The translations under genes were made by a program, and so were the position numbers. A stretch of DNA of 64,000 nucleotides from the human T2T-CHM13v2.0 reference genome, Homo sapiens. Location: assembly GCF_009914755.1 (NCBI RefSeq), contig NC_060925.1; one strand, written 5' to 3'. The notes beneath the pieces were generated by a model, which saw only the letters and a program-made list of their open reading frames with translations, ran no database searches and was not told where the DNA came from. Shown here one piece after another: positions 24,133-37,503 of the stretch (position 1 is its first letter; every line of letters starts with the position of its first letter).

Positions 24133-26631
24133 TTTTTACTTTAAGAAACTGAACAAATTTAAATTGTTTATTTGAGTGTAGTTTTATTATTATTATTATT
24201 ATTATTATAATACTTTAAGTTCTGACATACATGTGCGGAACATGCAGGTTTGTTACATAGGTATACACGTGCCATGGTGGTTTGCTGCACCCATCAACCC
24301 GTCATCTACATTAGGTATTTCTCCTAATGCTATCCCTCCCCTAGCCTCCCACCCTCTGACAGGCCCCAGTGTGTGATCCTCCCCTCCCTGTGTCCATGTG
24401 TTCTCATTGTTCAACTCCCACTTATGAGTGAGAACATGTGGTGTTTGGTTTTCTGTTCTTGTGTTAGTTTGCTGAGAATGATGGTTTCCAGCTTCATCCA
24501 CGTCCCTGCAAAGGACATGAACTCATCCTTTTTTATGGCCACATAGTATTCCAAGGTGTATATGTGCCACATTTTCTTTATCCAGTCTATCATTGATGGG
24601 CATTTGAGTTGGTTCCAAGTCTTTGCTATCATGAACGGTGCCACATTAAACACACATGTGCATGTGTCTTTATAGTAGAATGATTTATAATCCTTTGGGT
24701 ATATACCCAGTAATGGGATTGCTGGGTCAAATGGTATTTCTGGTTCTAGATCCTTGATGAATTGCCACACTGTCTTCCACAATGGTTGAATTAATTTACA
24801 CTCCCTCCAACAGTGTAAAAGTGTTCCTATTTCTCCACATCCTCTCCAGCATCTGTTGTTTCCTGACTTTTTATTGATTGCCTTTCTAACTGGTGTGAGA
24901 TGGTATCTCATTGTGGTTTTGATTTGCATTTCCCTAATGACCAGTGATGATGAGATTTTTATATATATATATTTGTTGGCTGCATAAATGTCCTCTTTTG
25001 AGAAGTGTCTGTTCATATCTTTCATCCATTTTTTCATGGGGTTGTTTTTTTTCTTGTAAATTTGTTTAAGTTCTTTGTAGATTCTGGATATTAGCCCTTT
25101 GTCAGATGGATAGACTACAAAATTTTTCTCCCATTCTGTAGGTTGCCTGTTCACTCTGATGATAATTTCTTTTGCTGTGCAGAAGCTCTTTAGTTTAATT
25201 AGGTCCCATTTGCTAATTTGGCTTTTGTTGCCATTGCTTTTTGTGTTTTAGTCATGAAGTCTTTGCCCATGCCTATGTCCTGAAGGGTCTTGCTTAGGTT
25301 TTCTCTTAGGGTTTTTATGCTTTTAGGTCTTATGTTTAAGTCTTTAATCCATCTTGAGTTAATTTTTTTATAAGGTGAAGGGAAGGGGTCCAATTTCAGT
25401 TTTATGTATATGGCTAGCCAGTTTTCTCAACATCATTTATTAAACAGGGAATCCTTTCCCCATTGCTTGTTTTTGTCAGGTTTGTCAAAGATCAGATGGT
25501 TGTAGATTTGTGGTGTTGTTTCTGAGGCCTCTGTTCTGTTCCATTGGTCTATATATCTGTTTTGGTACCAGTATAATGCTGTTTTGGTTATTGTAGCCTT
25601 GTAGTATAGTTTGAAGTCAGGTTGTGTGATACCTCCAGCTTTGTTCTTTTTGCTTAAGATTGTCTTGGATATACAGGCTCTGTTTTGGTTCCATATGAAA
25701 TTTAGTTGTTTTTTTTTTCTAATTCTGTGAAGAAAGTCAATGGTAGCTTGATGGGGATAGCATTGAATCTATAAATTACTTTGGGCATTATGGCCATTTT
25801 CACGATATTGATTCTTCCTATCCATGAGCATGGAATGTTTTCCCATTTGTCTGTGTCCTCTCTTATTTCCTTATGAAGTGGTTTGTAATTCTCCTTGAAG
25901 AGGTCCTTCACATCTGTTGTAAATTGTATTCCTAGGTATTTTATTATCTTTGTAGCAATTGTGAATGGGAGTTCACTCATGATTTGGCTCTCTGTTTGTC
26001 TGTTATTGGTATATAAGAATGCTTGTGACTTTTGCACATTGATTTTGTATCCTGAGACTTTGCTGAAGCTGCTTATCAGCTTAAGGAGATTTTGGGCTGA
26101 GATGATGGGGTTTTCTAAATATACAACCATATCTTCTGCAAACAGAGACATTTGACCTCCTCTCCTCCTATTTGAATACTCTTTATTTCTTTCTCTTGCC
26201 CGATTGTCCTGGCCAGAACTTCCAACACTATGTTGAAAAGGAGTGGTGAGAGAGGATATCTTTGTCTTGTGCCAGTTTTCAAAGGGAATGCTTCCAGTTT
26301 TTGCCCATTCAGTATGATATTGGCTGTGGGTTTGTTATAAATAGCTCTTATTATTTTGAGATATGTTCCATCAATACCTAGTTTATTGAGAGTTTTTAGG
26401 ATGAAGGGGTGTTGAATTTTGTTGAAGGCCCTTTCTGCATCTATTGAGATAATCATGTGGTTTTTGTCACTGGTTCTGTTTATGTGATGGATTACATTTA
26501 TTGATTTGCATATGTTGAACCAGCCTTGCATGTTTCCCAGAGATTCTGGTATGTTGTGTCTTTGTTCTCATTGGTTTCAAAGAACTTATTTATTTCTGCC
26601 TTAATTTTGTTATTTACCCAGTAGTCATTCC
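24133..26631 (-). mobile_element. L1PA (PA7-like), 5'-truncated, with internal deletion and short 3' transduction
   Basis: ORF2 RT and C-terminal remnants (ORFs 26115..26531, 25702..26151, 24411..25154); 12-bp TSD GGACACTTTTTT at 24121-24132 and 26632-26643. Confidence 0.96.
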
Positions 26632-27727
26632 GGACACTTTTTTGAGAGTCAATGATAGTTAACTATTGTGTTGCTTTGAAAATTGCTCGGCCCATGGAAT
26701 GAGTTCACTTAATTATTACTCATCCACACGCACAGAACCACATCACCACCAGCCTCCGAAACACACACACACAGAGTACCCTTTGGATTGAAATCTAGTA
26801 TTTTTTATATCTAATTTTGTAATAGCTACATGATATTCTCTTACCTGAATGTTTTTATGACTCACCTTTGTAATATATTCAGGTTGTTTCAAATTTTTTC
26901 AAATTGTGTATGTTGCAAATACCGAAGCAATGAAGATTCTTGTGGTTACAGCTTTGACAGATTTTTAGTTATTTTCTTATAACAAGTTCACAGAATTGTT
27001 GAAATCACTTATTTTTAAAATATGCAAAATTTAATCCTTTTATATGTACTCCCAGTTACAATACTACAATGATTTCTTTATAATGTTAGTCACATCTTTT
27101 TCCAGGAAATTATTTATGACATTGAGATTTTCCAATGTATTCACATTCTTTTATAATAATAATTATAATAAACACTCTATATTTGTTTCAGCATCCTCTT
27201 TCTCATTTGTCATTCTTATTTCTTTCCTTCTTTTGTTCTACATTGACTTTTTAATAAATTGATCTGGTTTATTCATTTATTATACAGCAGAAAAAACTTT
27301 TAAAGTTTGTTAATTCATTTTTTATGTTTTTAAAGTAATTCATTTGTACTATTATTTGTGTTTATTTGTATTTTTACTTTCCATGGTGTTAACTTCTTGG
27401 TGTTTTTTTTTTAACTTTTTGAGTTAAAGCTTGAGTTTTTAGATTTACATATTAATTCTATTTTTCTATTTTAAAAATCATTCATTTATGGCATTATGTT
27501 ATTTTCTTTTACCTTATATTTTTTATTTCCTTGGGGCTTATTTGGTGTTTGTGATAATGTTGCTTATTCTTATTCCTTGAGTTGAAAACCAGTAAATCAG
27601 GATTTAATGACCATTAGGTATATGAAATTAGCTAGAAATTAGTAGGGATTCAGTTGCCTCTCATACTTTTGTGTATTTATGTATAAGGTTTGTATTTTTA
27701 TTTTTATTTTAAAAAATATTTAATTCT

Positions 27728-28018
<291 letters not shown>

Positions 28019-29854
28019 TCACTGTTTATGGAGTCTGTTTGAAATTCAGTTGTTTAGGATTTATATTAAAACTTTTATATTAATTATTTAACTTCACTGT
28101 AATTGGAGAGAACAGTCATTAGTGTTTCTATACTGGGGGGTGACATCAGCAAGATGGTAGACTAGGAAGCACCAGGTCCTGCTTCCCCCTTGGAAGCACT
28201 GATTCAACAACAATACACGGGCCTATCTCCTTTTTGAGAAATCCAGACACCAGTTAAGAGGCTGTTGTATACCCAGGGGATCACCAAAACAATTGCATTC
28301 AAGTTGGTAGAAAAATTCATAGCACTCATTCTCCAGAGCACCTGTCTCTGGCATAATATGGTGACTAGGAGGAAACTTCCATCTCTCAGCTTCTCCTGGG
28401 GATGGAAAGAAAAGACTTGAATGTACATCTAATATGAAACTTTTCTGTCTTACCTGAATCTAAGTGGTGATAGAAATGAGTATCAGGTTGAGGGCCACTG
28501 AGAACAAAGGTGATGTGAACTAGCACATACTCATTTGTCATTGCCCCTTCCCCTAGCTCAGTGCAAAGTCAGCAGCAGAAAACCTCCAACTTGTGTCTTC
28601 TTCCTGGTTAGAGAAAAAGTTGGAGCATGTGTCCAACATTCAAACTTTTTGTTGGGGTAGGAGAGTGGCTGCCTGAGGCTGGTTACTATCTTTCCTGACT
28701 AGGAGACCTTATAGGACTTTACATGCCTGGGGCACCCTAAGAACAAAAAAGGAGCTGGAAAGCTTGCTGCTGCTTCAAAGGACTTATAGTATAGTATACA
28801 GGCTGATACAGCTTGGTAGCTTCTCCTTTACTTTCTGGTTTCTGAAGGGCATTGCCTGAGGGATAGTATCTTACCTGACTGGTGGCATGACAAAACCAGC
28901 ATACTCTAGATGCCAGGTGGCCAGTGAGAGAGAGAAAGAGAGAGACAGAGAGGAAAAAAGAAGATCTTACAGTAGCCCCAGGGAACCCAAAAGAGATACC
29001 AGAGGGTGCAAGAGATTGCAAGCTGCTGAAAAAGGAACTCTGCAATTCCACTCTAACTTGGAATTTACACATGTAAGTCAGAGAAGAATCATCCACAGAA
29101 AAGATTTGAGAGGCTGTCAGAATCTCTAACGGGGCTTATTGATGAAAGTCTTTCCTTACATAAAGCCAGTTTGTAAACACTGGGAGAGGTGGCTGTTTTT
29201 TCAAATGTCTATATCCCAACACAATATAATAAGGCACATAAAGAAACAGGGAAACATGGTCCAAACGAAGGAACAAACTAAATCTCCAGAAGCCAACCCT
29301 AACAAAACAGAAGTATACAAGTAATTGAAAATAATTGACAAATAATTGAAAATAATTATCATAAAGATAGTCAACAAGCTTAGGAAAATGATGTATGAAT
29401 AAAATGAAAATATTAACAAAGAAATAGAAAATATCTAAAAGAACCAAACAGAAATTTTGGAACTGAAAACTATAATAACAGAATACTATATATCTAATAA
29501 AAAGTTAATCACCAAAATACATCAGAATCTCCTACAACTCAATAACAAAAATGTACAAATAACCCAGGTAAAAATTGGACAAAGGACTTTAATAGACATT
29601 TCTCCAAAGGAGACATATAAATGGCCAACAAGTGTATTTTTAAACGCTCAACATACTAATCATCACAGAAATGCAAATCAAAATCACAATAAGATCTCAC
29701 CTCACGCTTGTTAGGATGACCATTATTAATAAATAAATAAATAAATAAATATGTAAATAAATAACACATTTTGCCAAGGACATGGAGAAAATGGAATCCT
29801 TGTGCATTGTTGATGGAAATGTAAAGTGGTGTAGCTGCCATGGAAAATAATATG

Positions 29855-30369
29855 TGTTAAATACAGTAAGAAATTCTTCTTCAAAGGTTTAGCTTGTTTA
29901 AGTTTCCTTGTCCTTTGTTCCCTGCTATCAAGGCCAGATTTCCTTACTCTTTGTGTCCCCCTGTCCTGGTAAACAACCTTCCCACCAGTCCTTATCTATA
30001 GAGCCCACGTTCCACATCTGCTACCCACTCTGTGAATTACCCCTCCCGTCGCAACAGCGCCTCCTGTCACAACGGCCCTTCCTGCTGAAATTGTCCCCAT
30101 GCCAGTGTAACTGCATTCCTGCACTTTTCAAGTTAGCCAACCGGGTTCAGCTTAGATTATGCGGTCCAACTCCAGCCCATGGAGGCAGGACACAGTAGCA
30201 GGGACAAGTTGGGTTAGGAATAAAACCCCTTCCCTCCTTTGTTCCGTGTGCTCTCCTGACAACCCGACCTATGAGAAGCACCTTTCTGCAGAAGTAGATT
30301 TGCCTTGCTGAGAGATTCTTTGTCTCAGTGCCGGTTCTTCTTTGTGGCACTGAGCATTTGTTTCCAACA
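29855..30369 (+). mobile_element. Solo ERV1 LTR, LTR10-like (HERV-I group)
   Basis: Termini TGTTAAATACAG...TTTCCAACA, 515 bp, CpGs partly retained; flanks atatg / gtatg; L1 resumes after it. Subfamily is from recall only. Confidence 0.7.
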
Positions 30370-30832
30370 GTATGATTCCTCAAAAAATTAAATAGAACTA
30401 CAATATGATCCAGCAATCCTACCTCTGGGTATTTATCAAAAAGAACTGAAAAGAGGATCTTGAAGAGATATTTGCACACTCATGTTTTTTATAGCATTAT
30501 TCACAATAGCTAAGAGGTGGCAATAACCTGTTTCTATTGTTGGATGAATGGCTAACAGAGATTTGATACATACATGCAATGGAATATTATTCTGACTTTA
30601 AAAAGAAGGAAATCCTGTCATTTGCAACAACATGGATGAAATCTGAGAGCACTGATAAGCCAGTAACAGAAAGACAAATACTGCATGATTCCACTTACGT
30701 AAGGCATCTAAAGTAGTCAAATTTGTAGAAGCAGAAGATAGAATGTTGATTTTCAGGGACGGTGGGAAGGGGGAATGCAAGTTGCCATGCAGTGGCTATA
30801 AAGTTTCAGTTATGCAAGATGAAAAGGTGCTG

Positions 30833-30914
30833 TTAGGTTGGTGCAAAAAGTAATTGCGGATTTTTGTCCTTAAAAGCAATGGCAAAAGTGGCAATTACTG
30901 TTGCACCAACCTAA
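30833..30914. mobile_element. MADE1 MITE
   Basis: ttaggttggtgcaaaaagtaattgcgg...gcaattactgttgcaccaacctaa followed by TA. Confidence 0.95.
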
Positions 30915-31464
30915 TATATGACAAAGTATACACTCTGCTATACAACAAAGTGCATATAGTTAATACTGTACTGTACACTTAAAAATACAATAGGATAGAT
31001 TTCATGTTATGTGTTCTTTACCTCCTTTAAAAATTTTTCTATATTTGAATCTTGCTGAGTTAAAAAAATAGTTTAGTACATATTTGATGATTTTAAATGT
31101 CCTATGGATATTTTAAAAAGTATATATATATATATATAAAATAATTAGTAAATCTTATTACTTAATAAGTCCTATGAAATCTATTATTTGAACCATTTAT
31201 GTCATAATTTTGGCAACTGAGTTTTCCACAGATGGACAGTGGCTCATGAAAGTCTTCTACAGTTATACACAGGCCATTTCTCCTGAAAATTTTAAACAGC
31301 TTTCCTTTATAATTTTATATTATCTGCCCCATTTAATGCTTTGTTTTGGCCTGCCTTCTCTTTTATGTTTTTGGCATTTGCTCAATATATATTTAATCAT
31401 TCTTATTTCTTTTTAGCTTTACCTTTGCTGTTTAAACAGCATATAATGTATTTTTATTTACTGT

Positions 31465-31728
31465 CTTTTTTTTGAGACAGGGTCTCACTGTGTCATCCAG
31501 GCTGGAGTCTGGTGCCAGTAGCATGATCTTGGCTCACTACAACCTCCACCTCCTGGGTTCAACTGATCCTCTGCCTCAGCCTCCTGAGTAGCTGGGATTA
31601 TAGGCATGTGCCACCACACCTGGCTAATTTTTGTATTTTTGGTAGAGACAAAAGGTTTCGCCATGTTGCTCAGGCTGCTCTCGAACTCCTGGGTTCAAGT
31701 GACCTGCCCACCTCGGCCTCCCAGAGTG
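31465..31728 (-). mobile_element. AluJ, lacking its 5'-most ~30 bp
   Basis: 'tttgagacagggtctcactg...cctcggcctcccagagtg'. Confidence 0.92.
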
Positions 31729-32489
31729 TATTGTCAATTTCAACATCTTACTTTTTCAGTGTGTTTTGTGCTTTCTAGTTTCTTTTTCTCTTTTCATGAG
31801 AATATTTTGTTTTTATTTTCTTTAATGTTGCAGCCACAATATATTCTATTCTAAATTCTACATTTGATTGCTTTTAACTTATCAAATAAATGCATAATCC
31901 CAATTTCTCCATTTATTAAAATCAAGAACCAAAAAGAAATGACACTCCCTTTATGTACTGAGGAATTTATGCCATTCTACTTCTTCTCCTTAGTGTAATT
32001 TCTGAAGGCTGAATATAGAGTTACTGTGGGTGTGTTTGTGTATAATTTTTAATGTAATTATTGTAAATGTATCTGCAGAAGTTATATTAGCTGGTTTTAA
32101 TTTTGCTACTTTGCCATTCTTGATTTTTAAATTTTGATTATCTCTTAGTAACCAAGAGGATCTTTGAATAATTTTTTCTAGGGAGATTTGTAAGTGGCAT
32201 AATTTGGGAACATCTTTTTATTTCATTTTCTTAGGTGTTAGTGTTGCAGGAAAAGTTAGAGGCTGACCTGATGTTTGCTCTAAGTAAGAAGCTTTGGTAT
32301 TTGCAGAAATGTTGTTATCGTATAATTGGTTTTAGTAGTTGGGCTGTGGTGATGTATGTACCTTTTTCATTAACCATGTCTGGGATATGGTGAGCTCCTT
32401 CAGTTTCACATCATAGGTTTTGATCTCAGGAAAAGTTTCTCTGAACACATCTTTGATTATTGTGTTCAATGACAATGATAATGGTATTG

Positions 32490-32712
32490 GTAACAGTTAT
32501 TCATTGAGTGCTTAAAATGCCTATGTAAAAAAATTTATATGCATTATCTAATGTAGTCAAGAATAGCTACTATTCTTTTTCTCTTAAAGAGAAGCAGACA
32601 AAAGTCAGCGATGTTAATTAACTTTCCCAAGCCTCCAAGCTAGTAAATAGTAGTTTCAACCCCAAATGCCTCACTCCAAATCCTAAGCACTAGCTCACTA
32701 GTTTATACTGTC
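32490..32712 (-). mobile_element. MIR within old antisense L1 remnants (~31050-33100)
   Basis: 'ttcattgagtgctt...gttaattaactttcccaag...gctagtaaatag...ctcactccaaa'. Confidence 0.65.
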
Positions 32713-33949
32713 TCCTCAAGGATTCTATGTTTCTGATGTTTTTCTTCAGGGCCTATCTATATATTAGCTTGGTTCTCAGCCCTTTATCCTATATCATATT
32801 ATGTTCGTATTAATATCTATATCAAAATCATTCTTTTCAAATTCTAGGAGAGCATCTCAAATTGGACCATTTCCTCAAAGATTTGATTTTACATAGTGTA
32901 GCTTTGCTTTTTTTGCCTAATTTTTTAAAATTTTAAATTGTATTTTAGGACTCATTAAAATCCTTTCTTATTTCATCAGCCTCATTTTTGCCTGTGCCTT
33001 GATTTAACAGCGTTTTTCATCATGCTTTGGGACCTGTTTCTGAGAGCACCAAATAGACACACTTCTAAAACAGTCTTATGATTTCCTGAGTTTTTAACAT
33101 ACTTTTCCTTTCCTCATGTGTTGCTTTTTGTTGTTTACTTTTCTTTGGTTGGGAGAAGACTCTCTGTGTCTCACATTTGTCTGTAGACATGACATGGGGA
33201 ATGTGTTTTTAGCAACACTCCTTGTCTACTGGTTGTTGGGAAATTCCTCCTCAGATTTAGGTCTTAGAGGCAAAGTAGTGTGAATAGTCTCTACATTTAG
33301 TTTCTAGCACTTATTTTATTCAGGGTGGGTCTACTGGGGTGAGGTGAGATATTTTCTGTGGTTGGGTTCTCTACCTATGCTGATGAGACAGCAATTCTTG
33401 GCACAGGTTTAGAATAGGGGAGACTAATCCCTGCCAGTGTCTACTTGTCCCATTAATCTTCATGTCCCAGCATCTCATAGTACACATTTTTTCCAGGTGC
33501 CTATGTCTCCAAAAATGCTGTACACTATTGACTGTTCTCATCTTTTTCTGGTACTGTTGTTTGTTGACTTTCATAGCCCCTGAATATGTAGAAAGTGGCA
33601 AGCATATGGAAGTAGGGAGAGAAGCATTATTTTGGTCAGCTAGATTTTGTACATGCTACCATGTATACCATGGCTAAGGACTAATATTGCAAGCGAATCA
33701 AGTTTGTTCTTATGGTTTTCTATTGTTTTTTGTATTCTGTATTATTCTTGGTCAGACCCAAGAATAATACCACAGAATATGTGTAATCTAGGAATAAGTT
33801 TATGAATGTATAAATCTCAGTGATGGATTTATTGAAAATCTCCCCAGAATTTAACATATATGCTTTTAGGAACTTTGTTTTATACTTCTCTTGCCAGTTT
33901 TTAACTTTTTTTCTTTGATAGGACAATTTAATTGCAATATGCAAAGATG

Positions 33950-34450
33950 CTGTCTTCTATTGGGTTCCCTAAAAAGTACATCCTGGAACCTATACTTCAT
34001 TTAGACGGTGCCTTCAGATAGCAGGGTGGGTCCAAAGCAAGAAAGGAGAGAGAGCCATTACAAAGAGGGATTATGGAGCTGGTCTCAACTACGGTGACAA
34101 GTTGATCAATCTTGTTGATATCTGAGAAACAAAATGAAATGTGTTTTAGCATCTAGTGTAAATTAGTTCCCATCTCTCATTAGTCAAAAGTTTAACCCAT
34201 GGGACATTAACCCATTGGTTGTACGTGTGTGAACACTGACTAGGTTCCTGCAATGTCACACGCCACAGTACCAACCCAGGAACCCCAAAGTAAGAGGACA
34301 GGGCATACAGCACAGGCCTGGGCTAGGTGCTATCAAAATGCTCCTCCCTGAAGCAGATCAGGGTCCATGTAGAACCACTCACTGACCAGGGGCTTGAGAA
34401 AGATACCGCTGAGGCTCAGAGGATGTGGAGTAGTAGACAAGAGGGGCCTA
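33950..34450. mobile_element. Old ERVL-class LTR-like segment
   Basis: Starts 'tgtcttctattgggttccctaaaaagta'; GC-richer ~500-bp block. Confidence 0.4.
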
Positions 34451-35229
34451 TTGGAGACATATTAGGTTCCCAGCAAAGGTTTGAAGAAGTATCAAATGTA
34501 ATAATCTGGGATAGAGCATTGTTATTTTCAACCGGATTTAACATTACCTTGTATTCTAATAAAATTGAAATCACGAACATTGTTCAGACATTTGCTGATA
34601 TTCTGAGATTTTTCATTTTCTGATATTGTATGAATTAAGGAATCAATACCACATCTACTAAACTCCTCTGCTGTGAGCCTATGTGCCCTACCACATCTCC
34701 TACCACTCTGAATAGAGGCCTTCATCTTATCTTTTATGTGAAACACATACTGTCTTCATGAAATCTGTTAATGGACAGAGGTGACATGGAGACTTTATGC
34801 AAGGGAATTTTAGTGTAATTCAAACAGGAGGCTTGGGGGTAAGGACTGAGAATACTACGTTCTTGAGAAAGGAAGGCAAGAAACTGGGAATTCCTGGGGG
34901 CCCATTTAAGATGTTTGCATCACCCTGCTCCCTGACTTTTCTCAATCATAAATTAATCCTGAAGATAAGAAAGCTGTTTTAGCTCTGGAGTTCAGACCCA
35001 TGTAAAGAGACAGATTAGTTAGCAAAAACGAACAATTGAAATGCTTGTATACCATATGCTGCTTAACCACAGACATTCAGCTATTTCTAACTTGCTGTGA
35101 TGCCTGATAGTGTAATTGTACTCCACATACAATTTTATGGCTGTACTACTGTGCTGAGTAGACCAAAAGATTGGTAAGATTTTCAACTATTGTAAACTCA
35201 CACTCATATATGTGTTATAGAGGTGATTT

Positions 35230-35690
35230 TTAAAAACTTTTTGTTTTGAACTTATTTTAGATTCATGGAAAACTTGCAAAGATAGTACAGAGAGTAGCTA
35301 TATATGTCTTATCTCACTTCCCCTAATGTTAACATGTTAAAAAACCATCATCCAATTGTCAAAACAAGGAAATTATTGATTGAATGCTCTTATCTAAACT
35401 TCATACCTTATTTTAACTTCCAATTTTTCCAATATTTGTCTTTTTTTCTGTTCCCGGATCCTATCCAGGATCCCTCATTGCATTTAGTTGTTATGTCTTC
35501 TGTCTCTACAATCTGCAACAGTTCCTCAGTCTCTCTTGGTGTTTCATGATCTTTCCACTTTTGGAGAATACTACTAAGTTGTTCTGTAGAATGTCCTTCC
35601 ATTTGGATTTGTCTAATATTTTCTCATTCTTGGAATAAACTTTTGTCTTTTTGGCAAGAATACCAAGGAAACGATGTTGTATATTTCTGA
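35230..35690 (-). mobile_element. L1MC4-type 3' end
   Basis: 'ttgcaaagatagtacagagag...ggatcctatccaggatccctcattgcatttagttgttatgtc'. Confidence 0.8.
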
Positions 35691-36199
35691 ATATATAGAG
35701 GTGATATTTTTATCTTTTCTATGTCTAGATAAAACTTGTAAAGTTTTCAGAAGTGTCCAAACAGTGACTAGTTGATGCTCAGGGATGTTGTCTATAAGAT
35801 TCTTGGCTTTAGATGTGAAATCAAAGTAGATAATTTCTAGGATCCCTTTCTATTTATCATATTCTATGATTCTGACTTATTCATTCAGCCATTATATATT
35901 TACTGAGAAACAAGTATTTGCCAAACACTGGAACATAGACAAATACTTGCATTTTTAAAAAATCCAGTATTCCAGAAATACATACATATAAATGCAGATA
36001 CACATAGAGCAAAAACAATTAGTGTATTAGTAGAGGAATGTGTAAACTTAATGGGGCACTCAGGAGAGTTTGGGTTTAAGAAAATTAAGTTGGGGAGTAT
36101 AAGGGGAGGCAATTCTTTCCCTATTTCCCATCTTTTACCCATACATAAATAAACTTCCACTAACAATTAAGGTCTCTTGAGGAAGTTATGGGGAGGGAG

Positions 36200-36677
36200 A
36201 TATATTAGAAGTTAGGGTTCTCCAGGGAAAAAGAACCAATAGGAGATTTTATATATATAATATATATAAAATATATATATATTATATATATATTATGTTT
36301 AATATATATATATATTTGTATTGTGATTATGCAGAACAAGAACTTTCAAGATCTACCGGCAACAATGTATAGAAGTAGAAAAGCAGATGGTGCAATTCAG
36401 TACTAATATGAAGGCCCGAGGACCAGGAGCACTGACATCTGATGGTGGGAAAAGAAAAATGTCCTAGCTCAAACAGAGAGAGACCAAATTCATCCTTTCT
36501 TTGCCTTTTTGTTCTATTGAGACCTTCCATGGATTGGATGATGCCCAACTGCATTGGTGAGCTTAGATCTTCACTGATTCAAATGCCAGTCTCCTCCAGA
36601 AACACATTCACAGACACACCAGAAATAATGTTTTACCACTCCTCAGCTAGTCAAGTTGACACCAGAAACTACCATTA
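36200..36677 (-). mobile_element. MLT2 (ERVL) LTR with internal (TA)n
   Basis: 'agggttctccagggaaaaagaaccaatagga' + TA tract + 'ggattggatgatgccca...gtcaagttgacac'. Confidence 0.88.
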
Positions 36678-37472
36678 GAGAAGCCTCTCCCTTCTGTATT
36701 CTCTCAACTGAGTTAACTCATTACTGAGATTGGTAAGAACCTGACATTCTCTGGGTCTCACTTTTCCATTTGGCATTGATAAACTGTTTATGTATGATGC
36801 AGACACTTGATTTCTATGACTGGTTTCTCTGGAAGCCACATAATTTCCTTACAATTTCCATGAAGTCAGACTCTCAATAGATCAAGCTCTGGGAAAGTGT
36901 GAAGGAGATGACTCTTCTATCTTTTTATCTGTCACTTGTGTGTAAGCTTCAGTGTGTCTGGGTAGCCGGTGGTTACAAGGCTGTACTCAAGTCTCCAATC
37001 CAGCCTTACCACTAATAACTGAATGCTTCAAGCCCTGTTTTCCCTCATGTGTCTAATATCTATTGATTTGAAGCAAAAATGTAATTGGCATCCTTAAACT
37101 TTAATACGTTGACTATCAGGACAGGCTTTATAGAAGCAGAGATCTTTAGACTAGGTTTGAAGGTAAGACAGAGAATGGCAAGGGTGGAAGACAGGTACAT
37201 ATTTCAGGCATAAGAGTATTGGAGTATTTGGAAGTGGCCAATTATAGCATCATTCTTCTTTACCTGGGATTTGGAACAAATCATTAAAAAAGACAATGCA
37301 GTAGCAGATAGAGAAAAAAACATATTTTTCTAAACCCATACATGCCAAATTGGAGAATGTAGCTTAATATAGGCCTGCTGACCAATCTCCAGAATTATAC
37401 AGACTTACCGCCATGGTCATAGACAGTGATAAACTGGGGCAAGCCTCCTGATATGGGTGTATATATGTAAAT

Positions 37473-37503
37473 TGTGTGTGTGAGTGTGTGCGTGTGTGTG
37501 TGT
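37473..37503 (+). repeat. Imperfect (TG)n
   Basis: Seen directly. Confidence 0.9.

Larger units (their letters stand above)
28135..31031 (+). mobile_element. L1M/L1MA-type element: 5'UTR and ORF1 start fused to ORF2 end and 3' UTR; hosts an LTR and a MADE1
   Basis: 5' start 'ggggggtgacatcagcaagatgg'; ORF1 N-terminal-like ORF 29139..29324 (RHIKKQGNMVQTKEQTKSPE); jump to ORF2 3' region at ~29485; diverged TSD agtgtttctatact / aatttttctatatt. Confidence 0.8.

Noticed and set aside
24411-26531. Longest ORFs (247, 149, 138 aa) as a reverse-transcriptase gene or novel RT system
   Set aside because: They are frameshifted fragments of ordinary L1 ORF2 in a truncated L1PA.
37396-37455. Minus-strand donor GCG|GTAAGT following ATGACCATG
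   Set aside because: No convincing acceptor or promoter upstream; an isolated motif.
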